Virus record (IMG/VR): IMGVR_UViG_3300048577_000141
Location: 1 to 45,192 of that record
DNA from: a virus
Lineage: Duplodnaviria; Caudoviricetes
DNA length: 45,192 nt
Direction: 5' to 3' (one strand)
This document shows, one piece after another, positions 27,699-36,907 of this stretch. Each line of letters opens with the position of its first letter. The first letter of the stretch is position 1. The notes beneath the pieces were generated by a model, which was given only the letters and a program-made list of their open reading frames with translations, made no database searches and had not been told where the DNA came from. Position numbers and translations under genes: made by a program.

Positions 27699-28481
27699 TC
27701 ATGATGACACCAGATAGCGGCTGCGCTTGATGCCGAGTGCAGCGTCACCCCGCCAGTGTGCGGACACCCGCTCCAGCTTTCCCATGCGGATGCGGAGATG
27801 TGCACGACAGAAATGGAGCGCGCGCTGTCCTGTCAGGTGAGCTTCGTTCGACGCCTCTCCACTCGCATCCTTGGGCGGCGAAACGCGGAGAAGGATTTCC
27901 GTCCATGCGTGCAGCGGAAATTTCCCGACCATCGGCCGCGCGCGGACAAGAGCACGCTCCAGACCACGATGCGGCATATGCTGACGGCGGCCGATGACGC
28001 GTGGCGTGTTGATGATCGGGATCGCGCCGAGGCATAGGCCCACCGAAGATAACTCGGTTTTCTCAACCCACTTTTCAATTGCTTTAGTAGGATTGGGAAA
28101 ACCTTCACTTTCGCGCTGTAGCAAAGGCAAAGAGATCGACTCGCTCAACGTAACGATGCGTTGTCCAGGTACCATCAACGCGGCCCATGATTGAGGCGCC
28201 AGCGCGTCGCGACCCGCATCAAGAAGGTAGCCGACACGGGAACCATCGTGGAGACGCCATTCGATCCAGGTCTTCGGCGCCGGCAAAAACGCTAAAGCCT
28301 CATCCATCCCGCCCCCTCGTACAATCGAGGTTAGGCACTGGATGACCAACGGCAGAACATCGGTAATCTCAAAGCAGTGGATGTCATCCATCATGCTCAA
28401 GAGTCCACAACGATCCTCAATCGTCCTTCGATCTTTCGGCAGCGTCAGTTCACGGACAATCTGTTGTGCGAGTGGTGTCAT
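27699..28481 (-). CDS. Hypothetical protein with C-terminal H-x2-R-x-H-x-R motif
   Basis: Start MTPLAQQ overlaps the upstream stop; RALHFCRAHLR...AHWRGD. Confidence 0.65.
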   Translation of the reverse strand: MTPLAQQIVRELTLPKDRRTIEDRCGLLSMMDDIHCFEITDVLPLVIQCLTSIVRGGGMDEALAFLPAPKTWIEWRLHDGSRVGYLLDAGRDALAPQSWAALMVPGQRIVTLSESISLPLLQRESEGFPNPTKAIEKWVEKTELSSVGLCLGAIPIINTPRVIGRRQHMPHRGLERALVRARPMVGKFPLHAWTEILLRVSPPKDASGEASNEAHLTGQRALHFCRAHLRIRMGKLERVSAHWRGDAALGIKRSRYLVSS

Positions 28482-29035
28482 CCCGCCCTCTTCCAGTTCT
28501 CGAATTCCGCCATCAGGCTTTTCCAGCGCGCCGCGGCGGCGTCGCCGTCGTTGAATTCCCGCCGGCTGGTCACGCCGCAGAGCGAGCGCACCTTTTGCGC
28601 CGCGCGCCCTTCGGTGAGCGGCGGCTCCAGCCCGTGCCTGTCGGCGAGGAAGCGCAGGAAGGCCGGCGACGCGCATTGCATTGCGGCCTGCGCGGCATAG
28701 TCCTTGCCGCGCAGGCCGTGCCGGTCCTTCACGTCATGCGGGGAATCCGCCCTGCTGCCGTCCTGCCCCTCCGCCGGCGCGCGCAGGCGCCTCACCGTGT
28801 CGGCGGCCCGGTCGATGAGCGCCAGAAGGAAGCGCACCATGTCCGGCGCGGCGGCGAGGAACCGACGCTCGGCCTCGCTCGCGGCAGGATGGATGCGGCA
28901 GATCGGCACGATCTCGCCCATATCGCCCATCGCCTCGACGAACTCGCCGTCGGCATCGGCGGCGCGCTGCCACTTTCCGGGCGCGATGGCGGCAAGGTCG
29001 GTGCGGATGGCGGCGAGTTGCTGACCGTCCGTCAT
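28478..29035 (-). CDS. Hypothetical protein
   Basis: Coupled ORF in the early operon. Confidence 0.6.
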   Translation of the reverse strand: MTDGQQLAAIRTDLAAIAPGKWQRAADADGEFVEAMGDMGEIVPICRIHPAASEAERRFLAAAPDMVRFLLALIDRAADTVRRLRAPAEGQDGSRADSPHDVKDRHGLRGKDYAAQAAMQCASPAFLRFLADRHGLEPPLTEGRAAQKVRSLCGVTSRREFNDGDAAAARWKSLMAEFENWKRAG

Positions 29036-29532
29036 TCGCCCCTCGCCAGATCGTGCCATGCGACATGCCCCGCAGCGGTCATGCGACAGGCGCGCAGCTT
29101 GCCCCGTCCGGCCGCCACGTCCCGCTCGATCATCCTGAAGCGGACGAGGGCGGCGACCGCGTTGCCGACCGCGCTATGGCCGCGCCCGGTCAGCAGGGAG
29201 AGCTTGTCCAGCGACAGCCGGCACACGCCGTCCGCCTCCGTGTTCTCGCCGACGAGGAAGAGGACCGCCGCCTGGTTGTGCGTCAGCGTCTCGCCACCCG
29301 CCGTGATGCGCCCCTGCCCCGGCCGAGCTTCCCCGCGCATGGCGTCCAGCATGTCGTCGGCGAGACCGTGCGCCTCCACATAGTCGACCAGCGCCACGAT
29401 CATTGCTTCCGTATGTTCGCGGCGCTCCGCCGCCAGCATGCGCAGGCGGCCCGACAGCGTCATCGGGAAGCTGACATGCACGCGCGCCGGGCGATCGGGC
29501 GGCGCGGATGACGGTTTTCGCAGGGCCGACAT
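29032..29532 (-). CDS. Putative DNA-binding protein (RHH-like N-terminus, wHTH-like C-terminus)
   Basis: RVHVSFP...LRMLAAER; LSLDKLSLLTGRGHSAVGNAVAAL. Confidence 0.5.
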   Translation of the reverse strand: MSALRKPSSAPPDRPARVHVSFPMTLSGRLRMLAAERREHTEAMIVALVDYVEAHGLADDMLDAMRGEARPGQGRITAGGETLTHNQAAVLFLVGENTEADGVCRLSLDKLSLLTGRGHSAVGNAVAALVRFRMIERDVAAGRGKLRACRMTAAGHVAWHDLARGE

Positions 29533-29780
29533 CAGTCCGGCTCCACGCCGAGCGCGGAAAGCTGGCTGATGATCTGCCGCTCGCGCTGTTGCAGGCTGCC
29601 GACAATGTCGCGCCTCAGGCCGTCGACATATTTCGCCGACAGGTGGAGCGCGCTGGCGTCACTCCCCTCGCCGACGACGAGGGAGATCGCCGCGCCGGAT
29701 TCGAGCCGCCCGAGCATGCCGCGCGTCGTGGCAAGCTGTTCGAGCAGACGCTGTGCGCTGCCGAGATCGGAGGCTTTCAT
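29532..29780 (-). CDS. Hypothetical protein
   Basis: Coupled ORF. Confidence 0.55.
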   Translation of the reverse strand: MKASDLGSAQRLLEQLATTRGMLGRLESGAAISLVVGEGSDASALHLSAKYVDGLRRDIVGSLQQRERQIISQLSALGVEPD

Positions 29781-30328
29781 GCGAACAGCCTCTCGAACGC
29801 GACGATGAAGGCGTTTTCCGCATCTCGCGGCGACAGGAGCTTCAGCTGGAGGCCGAGCGGTTCAGGAGGGTCGATCCATGCCGCCTCGCAGGCGGAAAGG
29901 TTGCGGCGCTCGTCGCCGATGATGCGGAAATCCGCTTCGGCGACCTCGTCCGGCATGTCGGGCGGTAGGCCGAAGCGCTCGCAGACGGCGGCCATCACCC
30001 GCGTCTCTATCTCGCGATAGTTGGCGAGATCGCCCTTCACCGGTCGCGGTATGTCGACGAGGTAAGCCTCGCTCGCGTCATGCAGCAACGCCCAGCGCTT
30101 GAACGGATCGGCCACATGCTCCGCGAGCAGCACGCTGTGCTCGGCGACCGAGTAGAAGTTCACACAGTGGCCGGCGTAGCGGCACTGGAGCGAGAGCGCG
30201 TGCGCGATATCCTCGACATGGATGTCTTCCGGACGCGGGTCGAGCGGCCAGAAGCGCCGGCCGGTGAAGGTCTGCATCCACTGCCCGGCGCGCGCCGGGA
30301 TGAGCACGGATCGGCTCGGTTCCGTCAT
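29777..30328 (-). CDS. HD-domain phosphohydrolase (YfbR/YfdR-like 5'-deoxynucleotidase family)
   Basis: DIAHALSLQCRYAGH...YSVAEHS...ALLHDASEAYLVDIPRPVK. Confidence 0.9.
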   Translation of the reverse strand: MTEPSRSVLIPARAGQWMQTFTGRRFWPLDPRPEDIHVEDIAHALSLQCRYAGHCVNFYSVAEHSVLLAEHVADPFKRWALLHDASEAYLVDIPRPVKGDLANYREIETRVMAAVCERFGLPPDMPDEVAEADFRIIGDERRNLSACEAAWIDPPEPLGLQLKLLSPRDAENAFIVAFERLFA

Positions 30329-30726
30329 GGCTGGTTCCTTTCGGCCGAAGGCCGCAAGCCCGACCGGGCGTCGCGGCTCATGCCGCGCGCCGCCGGAGCG
30401 GCTGGAGGCGAAGCCTCCGGTGCGCCGCGTGAGGTTGACGATTCTGTTTCACGGGTGACGGGCACTGTAACCAACTGTTTCAGAATGGTTTTCCGCGTCA
30501 CGCGCCGTTTGTGTTTCACCATCAGGAAGGCGAAAGGGTCGAGCCCTGCCATCTGGCAGAGCAGCAGCATGTTTCCGGACGACAGCGGCTTGCCGTTGCG
30601 GGCGCGGCTGATCATGGCCTTGTCGGTGTCCGGCCACTTCTGCACGGCCCGGTCGGCCGTGTAGCCGATGGCCGACAGGCGGGCCTCGAAGGCTTCGGCG
30701 AAGGCGTCGTGGTCGAAGTCAGCCAT
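30325..30726 (-). CDS. HTH-like hypothetical protein
   Basis: DKAMISRARNGKPLS...LLLCQMAGLDP XRE-like segment. Confidence 0.55.
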   Translation of the reverse strand: MADFDHDAFAEAFEARLSAIGYTADRAVQKWPDTDKAMISRARNGKPLSSGNMLLLCQMAGLDPFAFLMVKHKRRVTRKTILKQLVTVPVTRETESSTSRGAPEASPPAAPAARGMSRDARSGLRPSAERNQP

Positions 30727-31099
30727 CGGCGCGCTCCTGTCCGCCATGGGTGAGCAGGATGCCGTAGTCGCCCGGAACATGGCCGAGCGCGCCCCACAGG
30801 CGGGCGCGTGGCGCCGGCGACAGCAGCCGCCCCATCCATGCGAATTCCATCTCGGCATGGGTCACGCGGGCGAGCTTTCGCCACATGGCTTTCTCGCGCT
30901 TCGCCGTGGCCTGAAAGCCGCAGCGGGCCGGATGCTTTCCCTTCTGCGCGCCTTCGGCGTCGCGGTTCCCATGCGCAAAATGCGCCCGCGCGCGCAGGAA
31001 GAACGACAGCATGGCGGGGGAGAAGTCAGGGCGCGTCAGGCAATCGCCCAGAATAAGCCGGCAGTCGCCGATGGTGACCTCTTTGCGGATCGGGCTCAT
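30719..31099 (-). CDS. Hypothetical protein starting with a DNA-methyltransferase-like N-terminal fragment
   Basis: MSPIRKEVTIGDCRLILGDCL followed by unrelated sequence without catalytic motifs. Confidence 0.5.
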   Translation of the reverse strand: MSPIRKEVTIGDCRLILGDCLTRPDFSPAMLSFFLRARAHFAHGNRDAEGAQKGKHPARCGFQATAKREKAMWRKLARVTHAEMEFAWMGRLLSPAPRARLWGALGHVPGDYGILLTHGGQERADG

Positions 31100-32637
31100 G
31101 CGGCCACCGCCAGTCCGGCGCGGCCGAGAAAGCCGCGCCATTCCTTCGTCAGCGCCTTTTTTCCGGCCTCGACGGTGCGCGCGTGCTTGTGCGGCGGCGC
31201 CGCGCTTCTGCCAAGCCAGAAGCACCATGTGCACCGCCCCGTGTCCCCGTCCGGAAACACCGCGCCGAGTTCGATCTCTCCGGATTTTGCGAGCAGACGG
31301 CCGCCTTCATAAGGCTGATGCCATGTGATCGGGAATGAGAAGGTTGCGGCACTCTCTCCGCCCGTCGCGTCCATTCTCTCAGACGTTGCAGATGCCGTCC
31401 GGCCGGCATCGACCCTACTCGCCTCTCCCGCCATGCTGTCGGTCGGAACCTCGCTGTCCGATCCAGTCGCACCGTTGTCCTCGGAGGCTTTCGCTTGGGA
31501 TTCCAGCGGCCCGCAGGGAGCCGTGTTCTCGAATGTTTTCCAGTCGATGCGCAGCAGCAGCGTGTCGCGCTTGCCGCCGGCATCGTAGCTGTCGGTCGCC
31601 TCGTCCAGTTCCCAGACGAACCATGCGCAGTTCATCCGGCTGGAGGCCTCCGGCCCGTCCCATCCATCGCGGTGCATCATCGGCAGACGGCGCGTGAACA
31701 CGATCACGCGGCATGGCGGATGCTCGTCCATGGCGAAGCAGCGGTCGGGATCGTCGAAGCCGGCGAGGAAATTGAGGTTGAGCAGCAGCGCCATTTTTCG
31801 CGGGCGATGCACACGCAGCGCATGCGCGACGAAGGCGTTGAGCGTGCCGCCATAGGGCGGATTGGTAACGATGTCGGGCCGATCCGGCCGCGCCTCGGTC
31901 GCAAGAAAATCCTGCACGTCCTGGCACTCGCCGTGCTTCGTCGCCGTGCCGTAGTCGACAAGATCGGAGAGCGAGACGTCGTAGCCCGCAGCTTCCATCT
32001 CGCGCGAGATCGCGCCCCTGCCGCAGGCCGGTTCCCAGACGTTCGGCGCGAAGCGCATCCATGCCAGAAGCACGCGCATCGCCTCCGGCGGCGTCTCGTA
32101 GAGATTGTGGCCGCGCTCTTCCTTCGTCGCGGTCGCGGTGCCGACGGCGGCGCGCAGATTGGCGCGGCTGGGCTCCAGCCCCGCGGCAAGCCGCGCCGCT
32201 ATGGCGCGCTCGACGATCCCCGGCGCGCGGCGCTCGGCATCGCGCAGCTTGCGGGCTTCGTGAACCTCCTGCCGTGAAAGACCGAGATCGTCCACTTTCG
32301 GCGCAGAAATGCTGTCATCGTCCGCGACAGCTTTTCCACGCTGACCGGGCTTGCGGACCTCGCCCGCCGCCTGCGCAGCGTCGTACTCGTCCGCCAGCCG
32401 CACCTTGGCTCTTGCTTCGATAAGCAGCGCATCGCCTTGGAGCTGCCGCGCTTTGCCGATCAGCCGCTCGCCGGCCTTGAACCGCTCGGCATAGCCGGCG
32501 GCGGCCTTGGCCTGATCGTATGCGCCGGAGGCGAGCAGCCGGGCGGCGATCACGTCGCCCTCGTCCAGCAGCGCCCGCGCGCGCTCGACCGTCTGCGCAA
32601 GTCCGGAAGCGTCGACGATGGCCAGCGCGTCGTTCAA
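31096..32637 (-). CDS. Multidomain amino (N6-adenine-type) DNA methyltransferase
   Basis: YETPPEA, WEPACGRGAI (SAM-binding motif I) and IVTNPPY (catalytic motif IV). Confidence 0.85.
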   Translation of the reverse strand: MNDALAIVDASGLAQTVERARALLDEGDVIAARLLASGAYDQAKAAAGYAERFKAGERLIGKARQLQGDALLIEARAKVRLADEYDAAQAAGEVRKPGQRGKAVADDDSISAPKVDDLGLSRQEVHEARKLRDAERRAPGIVERAIAARLAAGLEPSRANLRAAVGTATATKEERGHNLYETPPEAMRVLLAWMRFAPNVWEPACGRGAISREMEAAGYDVSLSDLVDYGTATKHGECQDVQDFLATEARPDRPDIVTNPPYGGTLNAFVAHALRVHRPRKMALLLNLNFLAGFDDPDRCFAMDEHPPCRVIVFTRRLPMMHRDGWDGPEASSRMNCAWFVWELDEATDSYDAGGKRDTLLLRIDWKTFENTAPCGPLESQAKASEDNGATGSDSEVPTDSMAGEASRVDAGRTASATSERMDATGGESAATFSFPITWHQPYEGGRLLAKSGEIELGAVFPDGDTGRCTWCFWLGRSAAPPHKHARTVEAGKKALTKEWRGFLGRAGLAVAA

Positions 32638-32924
32638 TGCAGGCCCTCCAGTGTCACGGATTCGGCGTTTTCGCGGGCCGTCGGCAGATAGTCGGCGATG
32701 GCTTCCATCAGGTCGGCGCGGCTCGCCTCGGTCGTCATGGACATCAGCACGCCGACAACTCCGGTCAGCCCGCCGCAGAGAACCGCTCCGACCTGCTCGC
32801 GTGCATCAAGCCGCGTGAACATGCCGTTGCCGGCATGGGCCGCAATGACGAGATCGGCGAAAGCCTTGCGCATTTCTTCGCAGGCGACATCGAACGGGTC
32901 GGACGGATCGAATGGCGCATTCAC
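32634..32924 (-). CDS. Hypothetical protein
   Basis: GTG start overlapping the upstream stop, GGAGG RBS. Confidence 0.55.
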   Translation of the reverse strand: MNAPFDPSDPFDVACEEMRKAFADLVIAAHAGNGMFTRLDAREQVGAVLCGGLTGVVGVLMSMTTEASRADLMEAIADYLPTARENAESVTLEGLH

Positions 32925-33256
32925 GATTGCGCCTCCGCCAGCCGGCGGCGGCACGGATCGATCGCCGCGCTCACCTCGTCGATCTCGCGCAGTTCCTCGC
33001 GCGCGGCGGCGATGCGCAGGTCGCGTTCCGCTTCCGCCGCTCGGACCGCCCTGGCGCAGTCCGTCCGCGCCGCTGCGATCTCGGCTTCCCATTGCAGCCG
33101 GCCATCGGTCAGCCGGGCATGCAGCGCGTCGAGGTTCTGTCGCGTGTTGACCCGCGCCCATTTGCCGGAGAGTTTCTTTTCAACAGCCGCATCGGCCGCC
33201 AGATCGAGATCGGCCGGATCGAGGGCGATCCCGGCCGTATCCTGTTCGAGGCTCAT
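32921..33256 (-). CDS. Hypothetical coiled-coil protein
   Basis: MSLEQDTAG start with GGAGG RBS, coupled. Confidence 0.55.
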   Translation of the reverse strand: MSLEQDTAGIALDPADLDLAADAAVEKKLSGKWARVNTRQNLDALHARLTDGRLQWEAEIAAARTDCARAVRAAEAERDLRIAAAREELREIDEVSAAIDPCRRRLAEAQS

Positions 33257-33789
33257 GAATTCCTCCGTTTCGGGCAGATGTCGCGGTGGTTGGTCATCCA
33301 CATTTCGAGCGAGCTGACCGGCTTGCCGATGCGGGCGGCGATGGCCTTCGCCGTCAGTCCCTCCGCCCACAGTTTCCCGATCAGCGCGGCCGGAAAGTCC
33401 GGACGCCCGCCGGACGGCGGGCTTTGTGCGCCAGTCGTCGACGCCGGCGCGGCCGCGGCGGAGGGCGCGCGGCCAGCCGACGCCTGCCTCCATGCGTCGA
33501 GGATGCGTACAACGCGCGGTTCCGGCACGCCGGTCGCCTTGCTGATCGCGGCGGTGCTGCCCTGTCCGGCGAGCGCGAAGACGAGCCGCACCTGATCGTC
33601 CAGTTCGGCGTCGGCCGAAGGCTCGGCCCTCTCCTGCCCGACCCTCGCGGCAAAGCCCGCTTCGAACAGCAGCTTGGCGTAGCCCGTTGTCGAGACGCCC
33701 ATCTCCGTCGCCCGCTTCGCCAGCGCGGCATGCGTCCGCGCCGTGACGCGGATGCCGATCTGCATGTTTTCCTGAAGCTTGAAGGTCAT
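33253..33789 (-). CDS. Putative DNA-binding protein (RHH plus HTH domains)
   Basis: QIGIRVTARTHAALAKRATEMGVS; LWAEGLTAKAIAARIG. Confidence 0.6.
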   Translation of the reverse strand: MTFKLQENMQIGIRVTARTHAALAKRATEMGVSTTGYAKLLFEAGFAARVGQERAEPSADAELDDQVRLVFALAGQGSTAAISKATGVPEPRVVRILDAWRQASAGRAPSAAAAPASTTGAQSPPSGGRPDFPAALIGKLWAEGLTAKAIAARIGKPVSSLEMWMTNHRDICPKRRNS

Positions 33790-34376
33790 GCGATCCTCCG
33801 CTGCCGGAAGATGTCGCCGCGACGCATCGCCTCCGAGACGACGCCATTGAAAGCGCGGGCGGTATGGTGCGGGCAGTATGGAGAACCGGGCGCTATCGCA
33901 TGCCCGCAGAACAGATGCTCCTCGCCCGGGGCGGCGTCGTTCACGGCGAAGCGGCAGTCATGCCGGTCGAGATCGACCAGCGGCAGCCGGCGCGAGCCGG
34001 CGTCATAGGCGGCGAAGTTTACGAAGGGTTTCGGCTCCGGCAGCGAAAACGCCTTCGGCGGCGCCGGCAATGCTTTCGGGTTCGGATCGCGGATCTTCGG
34101 CGCAGCCGCCTTGCGCACCCGCGCCGCGACCACCTTCTGCACCTTGCCGCGTCCGTCCTTCGGCGAGCGCGCGGCGGGGCCGGGGCGCTTCGCCGCGAAC
34201 CCGATCCGCGAAAGGTCCGCATCGCGATGGATCACCCCGATGATGGCGTTCCGCGAGACATAACGAAACTTCTGGCAGAACTCCCGCGCGATGCGGCTGG
34301 CGGAAAGGCCGTCCATCAGCCATCCGCCGATCGCCGCCCGCTCGATCTCCGAATAGGCCGAATTCGGGTGTGCCAT
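33786..34376 (-). CDS. gcrA: GcrA-family regulator
   Basis: GLSASRIA...VSRNAIIGVIHR and LVDLDRHDCRFAV...FCG....SPYCPHH motifs. Confidence 0.88.
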   Translation of the reverse strand: MAHPNSAYSEIERAAIGGWLMDGLSASRIAREFCQKFRYVSRNAIIGVIHRDADLSRIGFAAKRPGPAARSPKDGRGKVQKVVAARVRKAAAPKIRDPNPKALPAPPKAFSLPEPKPFVNFAAYDAGSRRLPLVDLDRHDCRFAVNDAAPGEEHLFCGHAIAPGSPYCPHHTARAFNGVVSEAMRRGDIFRQRRIA

Positions 34377-34377
34377 A

Positions 34378-34863
34378 TCAGCCGGCCCCCACGACCTTGA
34401 GTGGTCCGCCGACCTGGACGGCGACAAGCGAGTCCTTGATGACCGGCATGATCCGCTCGGCGTTCGCCAGCAGGTCGAGCAGCCGGGTTGCTTCCGCAAT
34501 GGTGAGCACGCCGTCGGACTTCGCCCGCGCCACCTCCACGACCAGCCGGCCGACATGCTCGACCAGCTCGGCCGCATGCATGGAGAGCGAGCCGGCGACC
34601 GTCTCTCGCGCGGGAGCGCCGGAGATCTCGCAGCCGAGGAAATCCACCATGGCGAGCGAAACCACCGGCCTGCGCACATAGCCCTCAACGCGCATCGCCT
34701 CCGGCAGCGACATGAGGTCCGGCGCGTCGGCGTCGCCCCATCGGTAGACGACGGATTTTGACTTGTTGGTGATGTCCATCACCTTGCCGACGCCGGCCTC
34801 GGCCACCAGTTCGGCCTGCGCGTTGCGCAGCTTGCGCTCGACGCGCTCCGTGAATTCGATCAT
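34378..34863 (-). CDS. CII-like phage regulatory protein
   Basis: Position after cro; N-terminal HTH; AKSDGVLTIAEA motif. Confidence 0.65.
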   Translation of the reverse strand: MIEFTERVERKLRNAQAELVAEAGVGKVMDITNKSKSVVYRWGDADAPDLMSLPEAMRVEGYVRRPVVSLAMVDFLGCEISGAPARETVAGSLSMHAAELVEHVGRLVVEVARAKSDGVLTIAEATRLLDLLANAERIMPVIKDSLVAVQVGGPLKVVGAG

Positions 34864-34891
34864 CGAGGCCTCCTCTCAAGGCGCAAAAGCA

Positions 34892-34936
34892 TTCCCGCGC
34901 CGGGAAATCCGGCGTCGTTTTCCCGTGGCGGGAAAA
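34892..34936. promoter_or_regulatory. Two TTCCCG-N3-CGGGAA palindromes upstream of the CII-like gene
   Basis: 34892-34906 and 34918-34936. Confidence 0.55.
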
Positions 34937-35125
34937 GGTCTGGCGATTCACTGTGCGGCGGTCACTTTCCTCACGGGGGACCGCATGGAAAACGAAAGAA
35001 ACGGCCGAAGGCCGCAAGCCCTGCCGCGCCGCCGCAGGCGTGCAATCGAAAAGGCAGGCGTCGGGCCTTGTGGCCCGCCCACCCGGAGCGCCAGCGAGCA
35101 GCGCGAGCGATGCGGCGCGCGAGGC

Positions 35126-35521
35126 TCATGTGACACTTGCTCCCTTGAAACGGCTGAGCCCGGCGCGCTGGCGGAACTCCATCGCCAGTTCCGGATCGAG
35201 GTCGAGCGCCGTGGCGAGCACCTGCAGGCCGAGGCCGTCCGCATAGCAGGCGATGGCCCGGCGCAGCGCCTCGCCGACGCCGATCTGTTCGGCCGCCGCG
35301 GCCATGCGCAGCGTCAGCAGCAGATCTGCCGACAGCGTGACGTCGAAGGTGGCCGGCGAATCGGCGGAATGGACGGCCGGCGGCGCGGAGGAGTTGTCGC
35401 CGCCGGCCGTGTCCCGTCCGCAGGGGATCGTTGCGGCAGCAGGGACTTCGGGGAAAAGACGATGCGCCAGCGCGGCGCGTTGCGCGGAATGCTGGAAACG
35501 GGAGGCGGCGCGGACGCTCAT
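35126..35521 (-). CDS. Hypothetical protein with RHH-like C-terminus
   Basis: ATG overlaps the cro stop; FDVTLSADLLLTLRMAAAAEQIGVGEALRRAI. Confidence 0.55.
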   Translation of the reverse strand: MSVRAASRFQHSAQRAALAHRLFPEVPAAATIPCGRDTAGGDNSSAPPAVHSADSPATFDVTLSADLLLTLRMAAAAEQIGVGEALRRAIACYADGLGLQVLATALDLDPELAMEFRQRAGLSRFKGASVT

Positions 35522-35754
35522 GCGGCGGCTCCTGCTGAAGACGATAATCTTCGGTGCGCGAGCCACGCGTATGTCACGCCGGTAATTCCACGGCGTTCCG
35601 CCGCATGGATAACAGCCTGCCAGTGCTCCGGAGCGATCTTTCCGCGGCGACGCATCTGCCGCGCCGCCTCGTAACCGCACCCAACATCAGCAGCGAACTC
35701 GACGATTGTCGGCCACGCGTCAATGAGGTCAGTTATGGAGCATGGTTCTGTCAT
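35518..35754 (-). CDS. cro: Cro-like repressor
   Basis: Small HTH protein (IDAWPTIVEFAADVGCGYEAARQMRRRGKIAPEHW) divergent from cI. Confidence 0.8.
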   Translation of the reverse strand: MTEPCSITDLIDAWPTIVEFAADVGCGYEAARQMRRRGKIAPEHWQAVIHAAERRGITGVTYAWLAHRRLSSSAGAAA

Positions 35755-35763
35755 GGCGACGAT

Positions 35764-35839
35764 TTCGTACAATACGTACGACGTCGGGTCAAGCCAACAT
35801 CGTACACCTTGGACGATGGAAATCGGCCAAAATGTACGA
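35764..35839. promoter_or_regulatory. OR-like region: three 17-bp operators (TCGTAC-N5-GTACGA consensus) and cro promoter TTGACC-17-TACGAA on the minus strand
   Basis: Operators at 35765-35781 (perfect), 35800-35816 and 35823-35839. Confidence 0.85.
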
Positions 35840-36454
35840 ATGAGACAGCAACCGAGAGAGCGGCTTCAATTAGCAAGAGCCAAGGCCGGCTTCAAGAATC
35901 CGGCTGATGCGTCGCGCGCCTTCCGCGACATCAATCAAAACACGCTGACGAGCCATGAAAATGGCAATCGGACCATATCTCGCAAGGCTGCCGAAAAATA
36001 CGCTCGGCATTTCGGCGTCGAAGCCGGTTGGATTCTCTACGGCGACAGGAGCGATTTGGAATTTCCTGGCCTCTATCGTATCCCGGTGCTTTCATGGGTC
36101 AGCGCAAGCAATCTTCGGGAGCAGCCAGGCGTCACAGCCGCCGACATTGAGCGATGGGTGCAGGTGGCCGACCTGCCGGCGGGAGACTGGATAGCGCTTG
36201 GTGTGGACGGCGATTCGATGAATCGGGTCGCTCCGGACGGATCGACCATTATAGTCAATCGCGCAGATGATAGACTATTGGACGGCAGATACTATGTGTT
36301 CCAACAGGGCGGCGGTGCAGCGACTTTCAAGCGCTACAAGCGCAATCCCGAGATGATGCAACCCTTCTCCACAAACCCAGACCACATGTCGATTGCAATT
36401 GCAGATGACCTGTACGTCTTCGGTCGTGTTCGCAGAGTTATCACCGACCTCTAG
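35840..36454 (+). CDS. cI: CI-like repressor (XRE HTH plus S24 autoprotease)
   Basis: HTH NQNTLTSHENGNR; IPVLSWVSA, VDGDSM (Ser) and ATFKRY (Lys); start could alternatively be 35816. Confidence 0.92.
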   Translation: MRQQPRERLQLARAKAGFKNPADASRAFRDINQNTLTSHENGNRTISRKAAEKYARHFGVEAGWILYGDRSDLEFPGLYRIPVLSWVSASNLREQPGVTAADIERWVQVADLPAGDWIALGVDGDSMNRVAPDGSTIIVNRADDRLLDGRYYVFQQGGGAATFKRYKRNPEMMQPFSTNPDHMSIAIADDLYVFGRVRRVITDL

Positions 36455-36514
36455 TAAATATGGACACCCGGTAGAGTTGATTTACACTCCCGAGCGGAAG
36501 CTTGGGAGGGCATC

Positions 36515-36904
36515 ATGGATTATCTCGATCTCGATCTATTAATCGAAGACACGCTTGTCGTGGGCGTACAGCACCACATTGAGAATTGTCGTGACTTCTA
36601 CGAGGCAGCGATGGAGGCGGCCTCGTTTGATCTGCTTGAAGAGCACATCGGCATCCGGCTTCAGCGTGATCCGGGCAACGCCTTCGACAGCTACGCCATC
36701 AAGGTGCTTGGCAAGTGGATTCAGCCAGACGGGCGCAAGAAGTCCGCCTTGCTGGGCTATCTCTCAAAGGGCATGGCGTGGAAAGTTGGTCAGGAGACAG
36801 ATGAGGAAGATCGGCTGTATGGCGAATTCTGCTCGATCGAACCACACCCCGACTATGGGTACGACCTTCGGATTAACGTTTATGTAAAGTACGACTTTCA
36901 ATAG
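36515..36904 (+). CDS. HIRAN-domain protein
   Basis: VVGVQHH...LQRDPGNAFDSYAIKV...LLGYLSK HIRAN pattern; GGGAGG RBS. Confidence 0.75.
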   Translation: MDYLDLDLLIEDTLVVGVQHHIENCRDFYEAAMEAASFDLLEEHIGIRLQRDPGNAFDSYAIKVLGKWIQPDGRKKSALLGYLSKGMAWKVGQETDEEDRLYGEFCSIEPHPDYGYDLRINVYVKYDFQ

Positions 36905-36907
36905 CAA

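Noticed and set aside
27933-27946. 14-bp reverse-strand match to the TR 3' GC tract as a possible remote third VR
   Set aside because: Flanks do not match TR, it is not at a gene end, and there is no hairpin; expected by chance in GC-rich DNA
35723-35839. N-terminal extension of CI given in the ORF track
   Set aside because: Overlaps cro and the operator region; the HTH domain starts near 35840
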